In this document: positions 10,841-21,348 of the stretch, piece by piece
Position numbering within the stretch: the first letter of the stretch is position 1
How the letters are laid out: each line of letters begins with the position of its first letter
Assembly: GCA_003173865.1 (NCBI GenBank)
Contig: PJMF01000019.1
Coordinates: 6,381 to 70,380, forward strand
Direction: 5' to 3'
DNA length: 64,000 nucleotides
DNA from: Minisyncoccota bacterium
Lineage (GTDB): Bacteria; Patescibacteriota; Microgenomatia; UBA1400; PJMF01
The notes under the pieces: generated by a model
The model's input: the letters and a program-made list of their open reading frames with translations, nothing else
Told to the model about the DNA's origin: nothing
Database searches by the model: none
Made by a program: the position numbers and the translations under genes

Positions 10841-13744
10841 ATGCTCAAATTTCTGAATACACTCTTCGACGAAAATACCAAAAAAATTAACCAATATAAA
10901 AAAGTGGTTGAACAAATTAATGCGCTTGAGCCAAAACATAAAAAACTCACAGACAAGCAACTTGCGGGAAAGACCGCTGAGTTTAAAAAAAGAATTGCAA
11001 TCGAGCGCCAAGCTAAAAAAACCGATAAGCAAATTCTCGATGAGTTACTTCCAGAAGCATTCGCAACTGTGCGTGAAACTTCCCGCCGCGTGCTCGGCCT
11101 GCGCCACTTTGATGTTCAACTCATTGCGGGAATTGCTTTACATCAGGGCGTTGTCACCGAGCAAAAAACTGGCGAAGGAAAAACGCTGACCGTCTCGGCA
11201 CCTCTTTATCTCAATGCTCTGCTCGGCAAAGGTGCTCATCTTGTAACTGTGAATGATTATCTCGCCGAAGTCGGTGTGGGTTGGATGGGACCAATTTATC
11301 ACTTCTTAGAAATGGAGTGTGCAGTCATCGTTCATGACAAAGCGAAGCGCTACAATCCCGATGTCGATAGTGAGGATCGCGGTGATGAACGTCTCGAACA
11401 TTTTGAAGAAATTACTCGCCAACAGGCGTATACCGCTGATATTACTTACGGGACAAATAATGAGTTTGGTTTTGACTACTTGCGTGACAACATGGTGCAA
11501 CGCCTTGCTGATATGGTGCAACGCCAAGATGCCAACGCCCATACGTACGCAATCGTTGACGAAGCTGACTCAATTTTGATTGATGAAGCCCGCACACCAT
11601 TGATTATCTCTGCTCCTGATACAGAACCGACCAAAAAATACTATGACTATGCCAAAATGGTGATCCCGTTGACCATTGATGTTGACTTTAAACTCGAAGA
11701 AAAACAAAAAACCGTGACGCTGACCGATCTTGGTGTTAAAAGAATTGAGCAGAAGCTGGGCGTTTCAAATTTATACGAAGAGAGTTTTGATGTCATTCAT
11801 CATGTCGAAGCTGCACTCAAAGCCAAAACACTCTACCACCGCGATAAAGAATACATTGTCCGCGAAAATCAAGTCATCATCGTTGACGAGCATACTGGAC
11901 GTTTGATGTATGGCCGCCGCTACTCCGATGGACTGCACCAGGCGATCGAAGCCAAAGAAGGTGTCCCAATTCAACAAGAGTCACGTACACTCGCTACGAT
12001 TTCGCTCCAGAATTACTTCCGCATGTACACAAAACTAGCCGGTATGTCGGGAACAGCAGTGACCGAGGCCGAAGAGTTTCGCAAAATCTACAACATGGAT
12101 GTATTGCCCATTCCGACAAATGTTCCTGCGGTTCGCCAGGATCACTCGGATATTGTGTATAAAACCACTGCGGCAAAGTACAGTGCAATCGTACGTGAAG
12201 TAGAAAAATATGCCCAAACTGGCCAGCCAGTCTTAATTGGTACCCGTTCAATTGAACACAACCAAATTATTTCCAACTTTTTGCGACGCAAAAATATCGA
12301 GCATCAAGTGCTTAATGCGAAGAATAACGAACAAGAAGCATTTATCATTGCCGATGCGGGAAAGAAGGGGAGTATTACTGTTGCCACCAACATTGCCGGT
12401 CGTGGAGTTGACATTGTGCTTGGTGGAGCAAAGCCCGAGTTGAAAGATTTTAGAAAGTCGCAGAGTCGCAAAGTTGCAAAATCAAACAAAGTACTTCCTA
12501 AAAACGTTCAACTCCCGCCTTCAATCAATCCCGAGAACTACAACCTCACCAGTTTTTCCAAAGCACTCGATAAATGGCAACACGCACATGACGAAGTAGT
12601 CAAATCCGGCGGTCTCCACATTATTGGTTCAGAGCGTCACGAGTCACGTCGTATTGATAATCAGCTCCGCGGCCGCGCAGGTCGTCAAGGAGATCCCGGA
12701 TCATCGCAGTTTTTCATTTCACTTGAAGATGAAATCATGCGTCTTTTTGGCGGTGCTCAAATTGCCAAGTTAATGGACTTCTTGAAAATTGATGAAGATC
12801 AACCGATCGAACACGGTATGGTTGGTAACGCCATTCAGTCGGCACAAGTTAAAGTCGAAGGCTTTTTCTTCGACCAAAGAAAGCGTTTAGTCGATTTTGA
12901 TGACGTGATGAATAAACAACGCGAAGTCATTTACAAACGCCGACGACGCATCTTGGAACAAGCTGGCAAACCCGATTCTTCCTTAAAGGACGAAATCCTC
13001 AGTTATATTGATGAAGAAATTCAAAGTATGTCTGGCTCTGAGTCAATTGTCCAAGAATTTACAAAAATTATTCCTTTTGACGATCAATCTCAAGTTGAGT
13101 TGCGCAAAAGCCTCAGTAAAATTACAGATCCTCAGGCAATCATAGAACGTCTTATCGATATTGCTCATCAGACTTATCAATCAAGAGAAGAAACAGTCTC
13201 TTCCCCTGCAATGCGCGAAGTCGAACGTTTCGTGATGCTTTCTACTATTGATGAAAAATGGATGGATCATCTCGATGAGATGGACAACTTACGCGATGGT
13301 ATCTGGATGCGTGGTGACAAAACCACTGTCTTAAGTGAGTACAAAAAAGAAGGTTTTCAGATGTTTGACACACTTGTCAAAAATATTGAAGCCGCTATTG
13401 CTAGCCGTGTGTTCCGCGTTCATGTTCAAGACCAACCAGAAATGATGGCTGCACCAATTCAACTCATTGAACAAAAAGAAGAGGTTTTTGGAGATTTAAG
13501 CGCTGAAGTGAAAGAAGCTGAACCAGGAGCCAAAGCAAGCCCGCAATCACAAAAGGGAAGCATGAATGATCTTGCCGCGGCGATGTCGCGCGCAAAAGCA
13601 ACCAAAAAAGTCGAGCCCGGTGTTGCTCAATCGAAAATTGGTCGCAATGATCCATGTCCTTGCGGCGCCATCAATCCAAGTACCGGGAAAGTATATAAAT
13701 TTAAGCAATGTGGCCTGGTGAATGCACCCTGGCACGGCAAGTAG
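10841..13744 (+). CDS. secA: Preprotein translocase ATPase SecA
   Basis: DEAD-like motor motifs (GEGKTL, DEADSILIDEARTPLIIS, ATNIAGRGVDI, RGRAGRQGDPG) and a C-terminal Zn finger CPCG…CG. The start is chosen at MLKFLN after a GGAAAGG RBS; the ORF opens at 10826. Confidence 0.95.
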   Translation: MLKFLNTLFDENTKKINQYKKVVEQINALEPKHKKLTDKQLAGKTAEFKKRIAIERQAKKTDKQILDELLPEAFATVRETSRRVLGLRHFDVQLIAGIALHQGVVTEQKTGEGKTLTVSAPLYLNALLGKGAHLVTVNDYLAEVGVGWMGPIYHFLEMECAVIVHDKAKRYNPDVDSEDRGDERLEHFEEITRQQAYTADITYGTNNEFGFDYLRDNMVQRLADMVQRQDANAHTYAIVDEADSILIDEARTPLIISAPDTEPTKKYYDYAKMVIPLTIDVDFKLEEKQKTVTLTDLGVKRIEQKLGVSNLYEESFDVIHHVEAALKAKTLYHRDKEYIVRENQVIIVDEHTGRLMYGRRYSDGLHQAIEAKEGVPIQQESRTLATISLQNYFRMYTKLAGMSGTAVTEAEEFRKIYNMDVLPIPTNVPAVRQDHSDIVYKTTAAKYSAIVREVEKYAQTGQPVLIGTRSIEHNQIISNFLRRKNIEHQVLNAKNNEQEAFIIADAGKKGSITVATNIAGRGVDIVLGGAKPELKDFRKSQSRKVAKSNKVLPKNVQLPPSINPENYNLTSFSKALDKWQHAHDEVVKSGGLHIIGSERHESRRIDNQLRGRAGRQGDPGSSQFFISLEDEIMRLFGGAQIAKLMDFLKIDEDQPIEHGMVGNAIQSAQVKVEGFFFDQRKRLVDFDDVMNKQREVIYKRRRRILEQAGKPDSSLKDEILSYIDEEIQSMSGSESIVQEFTKIIPFDDQSQVELRKSLSKITDPQAIIERLIDIAHQTYQSREETVSSPAMREVERFVMLSTIDEKWMDHLDEMDNLRDGIWMRGDKTTVLSEYKKEGFQMFDTLVKNIEAAIASRVFRVHVQDQPEMMAAPIQLIEQKEEVFGDLSAEVKEAEPGAKASPQSQKGSMNDLAAAMSRAKATKKVEPGVAQSKIGRNDPCPCGAINPSTGKVYKFKQCGLVNAPWHGK

Positions 13745-13750
13745 TACATC

Positions 13751-14137
13751 ATGCAGTCTCGATTGAAGTCATTTTCCGGCACAGTTATTCAGGGCGAACA
13801 AGTTGGCCGGACAATGGGTTTTCCTTCTGCGAATTTTGCACAAAGTCCGGCAGATGGCTCGATGGATCCGGGGGTGTATCTGTGCAGTACTCAACTTTCC
13901 GGTCAAACATACTATGGGTTGGCATACTACGGGCCTCGCTTTGTGCACGGCGAGTATCAAAATACATTTGAAGTCTTTTTTTACGATTTTTCGGGAAATT
14001 TATACGGACAAAAAATCACTGTGAATTTGCATGACTTTATTCGTCGTCCAATTAAATTTGAGTCGCTGGAAGATGTTAAACATCAATTAGAAAAGGATAA
14101 AAAGGTAGGATTAAAAATCATTAAAACGATCGGCTAA
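13751..14137 (+). CDS. Riboflavin kinase (standalone RFK domain)
   Basis: GTVIQGEQVGRTMGFPSANF matches the flavokinase motif G.V..G...GR.LGFPTAN. 128 aa. Confidence 0.8.
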   Translation: MQSRLKSFSGTVIQGEQVGRTMGFPSANFAQSPADGSMDPGVYLCSTQLSGQTYYGLAYYGPRFVHGEYQNTFEVFFYDFSGNLYGQKITVNLHDFIRRPIKFESLEDVKHQLEKDKKVGLKIIKTIG

Positions 14138-14155
14138 AGGTACAATATTACACTA

Positions 14156-14854
14156 ATGAAACTGCAAACTTTTTTAGCACATGCCGGTATCGCCTCTCGT
14201 AGGAAAGCAGAAGAATTAATCGCACAAGGATTAGTTCAAGTGAACGGGAAAATAGCTACAATTGGTCTACGCATCGACCCCACCAGTGACAAGATTACCT
14301 ACAAAGGTAGAGTGATCAAATCTGCACAGCCACATATCACGTACCTCATCCACAAGCCAGTTGGCATCGTTTCAACGACCCAAGATGAACTTGGCCGTCA
14401 AACCGTCATCGATTTTCTCAAAAAACAACTTGGGCCAAAAGTAAAGTTACCTCGACTATATCCAGTTGGTCGTCTTGATCTCGACAGCAACGGTTTGATG
14501 ATCCTCACAAATGATGGCAATCTGGCCCAAAGAATGACACATCCTTCTTTTGAAGAAGAAAAAACCTATCGTATTCGGGTTGAAGGCGAACCTTCTGACA
14601 AAGCTATCGCTCATCTTGAACGTGGCGTCTTACTCAAGGAAGGCATGACCAGTCCAGCCAAAATAGAAGTCATTTCCCTTGAGGGAGAAGAAAGTATTCT
14701 CGAGATTACGATTCATGAAGGTCGTTACCATCAGGTCAAACGAATGATGCTACGTGTCGGATATCCCGTCATTCAACTCACCCGAGTTCGAATGGGGAAG
14801 TACTCTTTAGATGATCTGAAGGGTAAGAAATATCAATTAATTGAGCCGAAATGA
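14156..14854 (+). CDS. Pseudouridine synthase, RsuA/RluB family, with N-terminal S4 domain
   Basis: An S4-like LQTFLAHAGIASRRKAEELI and the catalytic GRLDLDSNGLMILTNDG. Confidence 0.9.
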   Translation: MKLQTFLAHAGIASRRKAEELIAQGLVQVNGKIATIGLRIDPTSDKITYKGRVIKSAQPHITYLIHKPVGIVSTTQDELGRQTVIDFLKKQLGPKVKLPRLYPVGRLDLDSNGLMILTNDGNLAQRMTHPSFEEEKTYRIRVEGEPSDKAIAHLERGVLLKEGMTSPAKIEVISLEGEESILEITIHEGRYHQVKRMMLRVGYPVIQLTRVRMGKYSLDDLKGKKYQLIEPK

Positions 14855-14866
14855 TATACTAAGCTC

Positions 14867-15622
14867 ATGTTTCAGCGCCTTACACAGTTTCTCTTTGCGC
14901 CAACTCGACCATATCCGACCACTGCTCCTATTCACTTTCAACTGAAAAATCGTTCGCTTACCAACATTTGGGGGTGGAAACCGTTTTCAACAGTAATGTA
15001 TGCATCTTCGCCACTGCGCAGTCAGCATACCGACCTCGATGTCAATGAACGCATCATCGAGATCCCTTGGATCATTCATCAACTCAGTTTTAAAAAGAAA
15101 GGCAATGTACTCGACGTAGGCTACTTAGAAAGTTCACTAGGCATTTCATTAGCAACGGCAGGTTTTTCAGTTACAGGCATCGACATTCGGCCAGCAGATC
15201 TTTCTCATCCCAACTTCACCGCACTACACGCCGATATTTGCAAAAATACTTTACCGAGCAATCATTTTCACTATGTTATTTTACTTTCAACTCTGGAACA
15301 TATTGGTCTAGAGACGCTATATGGAAAAGTTGACTCCAAAAGCAGTGACCAGAAAGCAATTCAGGAATGCCTACGCGTTCTCAAACCAGGAGGTACGTTG
15401 CTGATTACTACCCCAGTCGCTAAAAAATTTCGCAAAGATAGCTTCATGCGGGTGTATACACCTGGTCGCTTAAAAAAATTATTAACACGAGCCCAAGTAA
15501 AGTCTCTGCAATTTTTCGCTCCCGACACAAAGAGACAGTTCTGGTCAGAAGTCACTGAACAAAAGCTGCCCAATCTTCCACAGTTTGGTGTAGCGTTAAT
15601 AAGTGCAACTAAGGTAAAGTAG
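14867..15622 (+). CDS. Class I SAM-dependent methyltransferase
   Basis: Motif I VLDVGY…G and the post-I/II segments LSTLEHIG and LKPGGTLLITTP. Confidence 0.75.
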   Translation: MFQRLTQFLFAPTRPYPTTAPIHFQLKNRSLTNIWGWKPFSTVMYASSPLRSQHTDLDVNERIIEIPWIIHQLSFKKKGNVLDVGYLESSLGISLATAGFSVTGIDIRPADLSHPNFTALHADICKNTLPSNHFHYVILLSTLEHIGLETLYGKVDSKSSDQKAIQECLRVLKPGGTLLITTPVAKKFRKDSFMRVYTPGRLKKLLTRAQVKSLQFFAPDTKRQFWSEVTEQKLPNLPQFGVALISATKVK

Positions 15623-15628
15623 TACTAT

Positions 15629-16534
15629 ATGAAAATCATCTCCGGCTCATCAAACCTCGAATTTGCAGCGGCAATTGCAAAAAAACTTGATCTCCAACTT
15701 GGAGAAGTCGAGATTAGTCAGTTTCCTAACGGGGAAAAACGCGTCTGGGTCAAGGAAAATGTCAAAGGCCACAACGTGGTGCTCGTTCAGTCGTTTTGCG
15801 AACCAGTTGATGAACACGTCATTGAGTCACTCCTTTTGGTCGACGCACTTGAGCGCGCTGGCGCGCGCCACATCAACGTCGTTCTTCCCTGGATGGGGTA
15901 CTCAATTCAAGATAAAGTCTTTCGGGAAGGCGAACCAATTGCGGCTAAAGTTATTGCGAGTCTTGTCTCACATGGATATGTGAAACGTGTTTTTTTACTT
16001 GATCTGCACAATAGTAGTATCCCGGGATTTTTCTCGATTCCAACTCAGCATCTTTCGGCAATTGATTTGTTTATCGACTACGCGCATCAAAACTTCAACT
16101 TAGCCGAGTGTCTCGTTGCAAGTCCCGACTTCGGGGGATTAAAGCGCGCACGCACGTTTGCCGAAAAGCTTGGAGTTGAGTTGACGAATATCGATAAGTT
16201 CCGTGACTTGCATACCGGCAAAGTCGAAACAAAAGGGATGTATGGCAATGTAGAAGGCAAAATCGTTTTGCTTTTTGATGACTTTATTAATTCTGGAAGC
16301 ACAGTCCAAAGTTGCTCGGAATTGTTAAAAAACAATGGCGCCAAAGAAGTTCACTTTTTTGTCACGCACGGGCCCCTCTCTGCTGGCGCCTATGACCGCA
16401 TTTCAGCATCACAAATTAATTCCGTCGTCTTGACAAACTCAATTCCTCATCTCGAGCAAAATCCCAGAATTCACATTCTTGATGTCAGTCAATTATTTGC
16501 TGACGCACTCTCGGCTTGGGCAGGAAATAGATAG
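15629..16534 (+). CDS. prs: Ribose-phosphate pyrophosphokinase
   Basis: The N-terminus MKIISGSSN…EISQFPNGE and a PRPP-binding loop DDFINSGSTV. Confidence 0.95.
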   Translation: MKIISGSSNLEFAAAIAKKLDLQLGEVEISQFPNGEKRVWVKENVKGHNVVLVQSFCEPVDEHVIESLLLVDALERAGARHINVVLPWMGYSIQDKVFREGEPIAAKVIASLVSHGYVKRVFLLDLHNSSIPGFFSIPTQHLSAIDLFIDYAHQNFNLAECLVASPDFGGLKRARTFAEKLGVELTNIDKFRDLHTGKVETKGMYGNVEGKIVLLFDDFINSGSTVQSCSELLKNNGAKEVHFFVTHGPLSAGAYDRISASQINSVVLTNSIPHLEQNPRIHILDVSQLFADALSAWAGNR

Positions 16535-16535
16535 C

Positions 16536-17729
16536 ATGAAACCAGTCATCTTCTCGCTGCTTGATACCCCAGCGTTTGGCGGGGCAGAGCAGTACATGTT
16601 TCAGACTTTGTCTTTTTTGAATGAACAGGGATATCCGATCGTTCTAGGAACAAACAACCAGCATGTCGCTGCTGAGTTTAAAAAACGTGTACAGCTCAAC
16701 TCTGCTGCCACTTTCACAATCATCCACGCTCCATACCGACTTGATTTAATTGGCAACTGGAAAGGATTTCTTAAGTATTTTGTCGGAGCACCCATTGGTA
16801 TAGCTTGGTTGATCTGGACTCTCTGGCACCTCCAACGGAAGCACGGCAAAATTATCTGCTTATTACCAGGTTTTACCGATCGATTAACGTTTTCACCTTT
16901 TATTAAACTTTTCTCACTTCCCCTGATCTGGATTGAGTTCGGTCCGCTGGAACCAGTTTTTTCGCGGAATTTTGGAGTCCCACGTGTGGTGTATCACTTC
17001 TCTCGAAAGTTTGCAGATTCATTTATCACCATCTCTGAGTGGACCAAGAAAAGCATGGTGACCACGGGAAATATACCTGCTGAGAAAATTGAAATTATTT
17101 ATCCAGGGGTACACATTGTGGAGTCTACAGAGATTGCAAAGCTACAGAGTAAGGGGCGTCACATATTGAAAAAAATCGGATGGGAAAATCACTTCGTGAT
17201 AAGTTACGTTGGCCGTCTCGCATCAGAAAATCAGGTTGAGCTAGTCATTAAAGCAGTAGCACTTCTCTCAAAAACACAAAACGTTCATTTACTCATTATT
17301 GGTGATGGTCCAGAGAGAGAAATGTACCAGAAATTAGTTACCAAGTTACAACTGCAAAATCGTGTGCACTTTACCGGCTTCATTGACGAAACAGAAAAAT
17401 TTGCTTTGCTCGCTGCTTCGGATATTTTTACGTATACACGTACTTGGCCGCTCGACGGATTTGGGATCACCAGCACAGAAGCCATGTCTCTCGGCGTTCC
17501 CGTCATCACACCGGACTATGGTCCCCAAAAAGAAATCATTGTTGATGGCGAATCTGGGCTACACTTTCAGCCAAATAGTGTACAGGATTTGCAAACAAAA
17601 ATTAGATTACTCATAGTCAAACAAACTTTGCGAAAAAAAATTGGGCAAAATGGCAAAGAGCGAGTAAAAAAATTTACCAACAAAATACAAGAATCAAAAC
17701 TACTCTCTATAATTCAGAATGGATATTAA
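16536..17729 (+). CDS. Glycosyltransferase family 4 (GT-B, RfaB-like)
   Basis: A C-terminal EGFGITSTEAMSLGVPVI block (E.…E motif of GT4). The ATG lies 2 nt after the prs stop; the ORF frame opens at 16479. Confidence 0.85.
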   Translation: MKPVIFSLLDTPAFGGAEQYMFQTLSFLNEQGYPIVLGTNNQHVAAEFKKRVQLNSAATFTIIHAPYRLDLIGNWKGFLKYFVGAPIGIAWLIWTLWHLQRKHGKIICLLPGFTDRLTFSPFIKLFSLPLIWIEFGPLEPVFSRNFGVPRVVYHFSRKFADSFITISEWTKKSMVTTGNIPAEKIEIIYPGVHIVESTEIAKLQSKGRHILKKIGWENHFVISYVGRLASENQVELVIKAVALLSKTQNVHLLIIGDGPEREMYQKLVTKLQLQNRVHFTGFIDETEKFALLAASDIFTYTRTWPLDGFGITSTEAMSLGVPVITPDYGPQKEIIVDGESGLHFQPNSVQDLQTKIRLLIVKQTLRKKIGQNGKERVKKFTNKIQESKLLSIIQNGY

Positions 17730-18228
17730 CAAATATACAATCACTGCAAGTAAAATACCATTTTCCAGTGCGAGTAAACCTAAAGAACTTGCATCAAAAT
17801 TTAAAGAAAGTGTCATTAGATCATATCCTTTCGTAAACGATTTCTTAGAGAAGTTTGTTTAAAAAGAAGTGATGTAAGTATAGTGGCTATTGTTATAAGA
17901 ATAAAAAATAATCCTACTAAAATTAGACCGAGTAGATTTGCATCAAATGTCATAAGACCTCCTTTGTATATTTTAATGAGAGTTGGAGAAAAAATAAAGA
18001 CATACAGCAAAGTAAAAAACCGTTAATGAGTTTAGCCATAAGGAATTCAAATTGAAAGCCAAATACTTGATTCCCAATTGCACCGAGCAAACATCCCTTT
18101 GCAACGTCGTTATAAAAGTTTGAAAGTATTTCGCGTTGTTTTCGATTGAGTAACATTCGCCGAGTATAAACATCAAAGATGACAAAAACTGTAACAAAAT
18201 TGATTTTGCTTCGTGTACAATACGGTCT

Positions 18229-19938
18229 ATGAGATTTTCCCAAAATCCTTTTAGAACTATTAAAACCGTGAGTAGCGAGCTCGTTTCTAAGAATGCACGT
18301 TTGCTCACTCAAGCGGGTTTTATTCATCAAGAAGTAGCTGGTGTCTATACTTTTTTACCCATTGGTTTGCGCGTCCTCAATAAAATCGAGCAAATTATTC
18401 GCGAAGAAATGGACAAAGTTGCCGTTGAAATTTTGATGACATCGCTTGCTCCGCAAGAAGTCTGGCAAACCACTGGCCGCATCGCCACTGTTGATGTCCT
18501 CATGAAGACAGTTGGCGCGAATCCTCTTTCGCAAGCTAAAAATGATACTTCTTATGTGTTAGGCTCCACACATGAAGAAGTCGTGACCCCGTTGGTACAG
18601 TCGTTCACCCGCAGTTATAAAGAACTTCCAATCGGTGTCTATCAAATTCAAACCAAGTTCCGCAATGAACCACGTGCGAAGTCCGGTCTGCTTCGCTGCC
18701 GCGAGTTCCGTATGAAAGATGCATATAGCTTTCATACTTCAGAAGCAGACTTAAAAAAATACTATGAAGTAATGAAGCAGGCATACACCAACATATTTGA
18801 ACGCGTTGGTCTAGGAAAAGATACCATCATTGCACTCGCCTCCGGCGGAGATTTTACGCCAGATTTTTCACATGAGTTTCAAACCATTTGTGAAGCAGGC
18901 GAAGATATAATTTTTCGAGCACGTTCAGCAAACATTAACTTCAATCGAGAAGTGACGCCGAGTCAAGCGCCTGCCTTAAATGATCAAGATGAAGAGATGA
19001 AACCTCGCGAAGACGTTTTTGGTGAAAACATTATTGGGGTTGAAGAACTCGCAGCTTTTTTACACATACCCGTCGCCAAAACGACCAAAACAATTCTCTT
19101 TGAAAATGAAAAAGGCGAAGTCATCGCAGCTGCTGTACGTGGTGGCTATGACATTAACGAAGAAAAACTCAAGAAAATCGCTGCGTGCAAAGAACTAAAA
19201 CTTGCTGCGGCAGAAACTGTCAAACGTGTCACCCACGCAGAAGTTGGTTATGCCGGTGTCCTCAACCTGCCTCCAGAAGTCAAAGTATTTTTTGACGAAT
19301 CAACCAGTAATCGCAAAAATTTCGAGTGCGGTGCAAATAAAACGCATTACCACAGCATCAACATCAACTTTGATCGGGATATTCCTATGCCGGAGAAGTT
19401 TTATGACTTCAAAGTTGCACAGGAAGGGGATATATATCCGGAAACCAGCGAGGTCTACGAAGTTGTCAAAGCGTGTGAAGTCGGAAATATTTTTCCGCTG
19501 AATACAAAGTTTTCGAAGGCGTTTGGCTTCCACTACACCGATGAACAAGGACAGGAAAAACCGGTGTACATGGGTTGCTACGGCATTGGCCCTTCTCGTC
19601 TCGTCGGAGTTTTGGTGGAACGATTTGCTGACGCAAACGGCATGGTGTGGCCAGAATCTGTGGCACCTTTTCAAGTACACTTAATTGACATCAACGCACA
19701 TGACAAAGGTCAAGCAATCTACGATGCACTCAAACAGCAAGGCATTGAAGTTCTCTGGGATGATCGAGATGTTCGGGCCGGCGAGAAATTCGCCGATGCT
19801 GACTTAATCGGCATTCCCCATCGTCTTGTTGTTTCAGCCAAAACTGGTGAAAAAGTTGAGTGGAAACGGCGCACAGAAAATCAGGCACAAATTGTCGACG
19901 TTGATGCAGCGATTAAACAAATTCTCGGTAACTCGTAA
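18229..19938 (+). CDS. proS: Proline--tRNA ligase (bacterial-type)
   Basis: N-terminal LLTQAGFIHQEVAGVYTFLPIGLRVLNKIE, a class II core and a C-terminal anticodon-binding domain. 569 aa. Confidence 0.95.
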   Translation: MRFSQNPFRTIKTVSSELVSKNARLLTQAGFIHQEVAGVYTFLPIGLRVLNKIEQIIREEMDKVAVEILMTSLAPQEVWQTTGRIATVDVLMKTVGANPLSQAKNDTSYVLGSTHEEVVTPLVQSFTRSYKELPIGVYQIQTKFRNEPRAKSGLLRCREFRMKDAYSFHTSEADLKKYYEVMKQAYTNIFERVGLGKDTIIALASGGDFTPDFSHEFQTICEAGEDIIFRARSANINFNREVTPSQAPALNDQDEEMKPREDVFGENIIGVEELAAFLHIPVAKTTKTILFENEKGEVIAAAVRGGYDINEEKLKKIAACKELKLAAAETVKRVTHAEVGYAGVLNLPPEVKVFFDESTSNRKNFECGANKTHYHSININFDRDIPMPEKFYDFKVAQEGDIYPETSEVYEVVKACEVGNIFPLNTKFSKAFGFHYTDEQGQEKPVYMGCYGIGPSRLVGVLVERFADANGMVWPESVAPFQVHLIDINAHDKGQAIYDALKQQGIEVLWDDRDVRAGEKFADADLIGIPHRLVVSAKTGEKVEWKRRTENQAQIVDVDAAIKQILGNS

Positions 19939-19945
19939 GGCTACT

Positions 19946-20275
19946 ATGCCTGGCTCTATCTTTACCACTCATGCCCATCAGCGTCTGCAAGAACGTTCAA
20001 TTCCTCTAAGCGACGCCGAACTTGCACTCAGCAAACCCGACCGCACTGTCCCAGGAAAAAAACCCCATACCGTCAAGTTCATCAAGCAAGTGCATGGAAG
20101 GAATATCCAGCTAGTCGCCACTTATCTCCAAGATCAAGACAAATGGTTAGTCGTGTCTGTTTGGGTGAGGGGAGAGGATGATAAGGTACCCTTGACGTGG
20201 CTGGTCATCACAGCACCGTTTAAATTACTTTGGTGGTTGATAAAAAAAGCCGCAAAAACTGCCAGAAATATTTAG
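19946..20275 (+). CDS. Hypothetical protein, DUF4258-like (HAxxRLxERxI motif) with hydrophobic C-terminus
   Basis: HAHQRLQERSI near the N-terminus. Start chosen 8 nt after the proS stop; the ORF opens inside proS at 19826. Confidence 0.45.
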   Translation: MPGSIFTTHAHQRLQERSIPLSDAELALSKPDRTVPGKKPHTVKFIKQVHGRNIQLVATYLQDQDKWLVVSVWVRGEDDKVPLTWLVITAPFKLLWWLIKKAAKTARNI

Positions 20276-20481
20276 TCCTATAATATTATTTTCTTATATC
20301 TGAACAACTAGTTATACACTCTCTTATCGCACTATTTTGTCTATGGGTTTTTTCTGTATCAAAGCGTAAAGTAGTGACTATCCCGGTGAGGGCACCCACG
20401 GCGACATTCCTCTTAACCTCAAGTTATGATGGCTGTTGCGGTGGGTCCTTTGTTGGGAGATCTGATATACTTCTCAGGATG

Positions 20482-21348
20482 GTAAAACACTTAATCGTCA
20501 CTCATCACGCACCCGACCTGGATGCCATTGGCGCAGTGTGGTTGCTCAAACGTTTTGACGCCCAGCACTTTGCCGATGCCCAACTCAGTTTCGTTGACCC
20601 GGGAAACACGATTCATCCCAGCGAAGCAGAAAAATTAGGCTTCCAAATGCACGAGGTCACTCATGTGGATACTGGTCAAGGTGAGTTCGATCATCATCAG
20701 GCCGAGCGCGGTCATCTCCGGATTTGTGCGAGCTCACTTGTTTTTGATCATATTTGTCAACTTCACCCAGAAGAAAAAGAAAACGAAGCACTCAAGTATC
20801 TTGTCAACTTTATTACCGAGATCGATCACTTTGGCGAAATTAACTGGCCAGAAGCAAACTCACCTCGCTACTGCTTCATGATTCACGAACTTTTGGAAGG
20901 ATTTGAAGGAGTTGACCCGCACGATGATGACTCACAACTCAACTTTGGGATGCGTTGTCTTGACTGCGCATACTCTTCACTGCGTGACAACTTTCATGCG
21001 GAAGCGGTACTGAAAGAAGGCCAAGACTTTTCCCTTGCCCAAGGAAAATCGCTGGCAATCGAGACACGTGACGATCACATCATCAAGTACGCTCAAAAAA
21101 AAGGATATGTCTTAGTCATTCGTCGAGATCCTAAATTGGGGGAGATGCGGATTAAAGCCCGTCCAGATGTAGATCTTGACCTCAAACCACTTGCTGAGGC
21201 AATTCAAGCAATTGATCACAAAGGCACGTGGTATTACCACCCCAGTGGGAAAATGCTGCTCAATGGCTCGAAAAAACATCGCCATCAAAGACCAACAACC
21301 CTTTCCATCCAACAAGTTGTTGAGTTAGTCAAAGGAATTTATGAGTGA
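20482..21348 (+). CDS. DHH-family phosphoesterase (NrnA/pAp-phosphatase-like). An alternative start at 20374 is possible.
   Basis: The DHH motif block HHAPDLDAIGAVW, then …THVDTGQGEFDHHQ…. Confidence 0.7.
   Translation, partial: VKHLIVTHHAPDLDAIGAVWLLKRFDAQHFADAQLSFVDPGNTIHPSEAEKLGFQMHEVTHVDTGQGEFDHHQAERGHLRICASSLVFDHICQLHPEEKENEALKYLVNFITEIDHFGEINWPEANSPRYCFMIHELLEGFEGVDPHDDDSQLNFGMRCLDCAYSSLRDNFHAEAVLKEGQDFSLAQGKSLAIETRDDHIIKYAQKKGYVLVIRRDPKLGEMRIKARPDVDLDLKPLAEAIQAIDHKGTWYYHPSGKMLLNGSKKHRHQRPTTLSIQQVVELVKGIYE

Noticed and set aside
17730-18228. T-box leader for proS (and likewise for serS/lysS)
   Set aside because: No AGGGUGG.ACCGCG T-box sequence or specifier-loop architecture was seen. 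serS and lysS have leaders of less than 25 nt.
17950-18330. 126-aa and 111-aa minus-strand ORFs upstream of or overlapping the proS start
   Set aside because: They overlap the proS 5' end and have poor coding character. Only the 64-aa hydrophobic ORF 17816-18010 remains as a weak possibility (see findings).
20374-20481. Upstream start for the DHH phosphoesterase
   Set aside because: The N-terminal 36 residues (…SSYDGCCGGSFVGRSD…) look non-conserved. The DHH motif follows immediately after the internal Met. I kept it as an alternative in the feature note.
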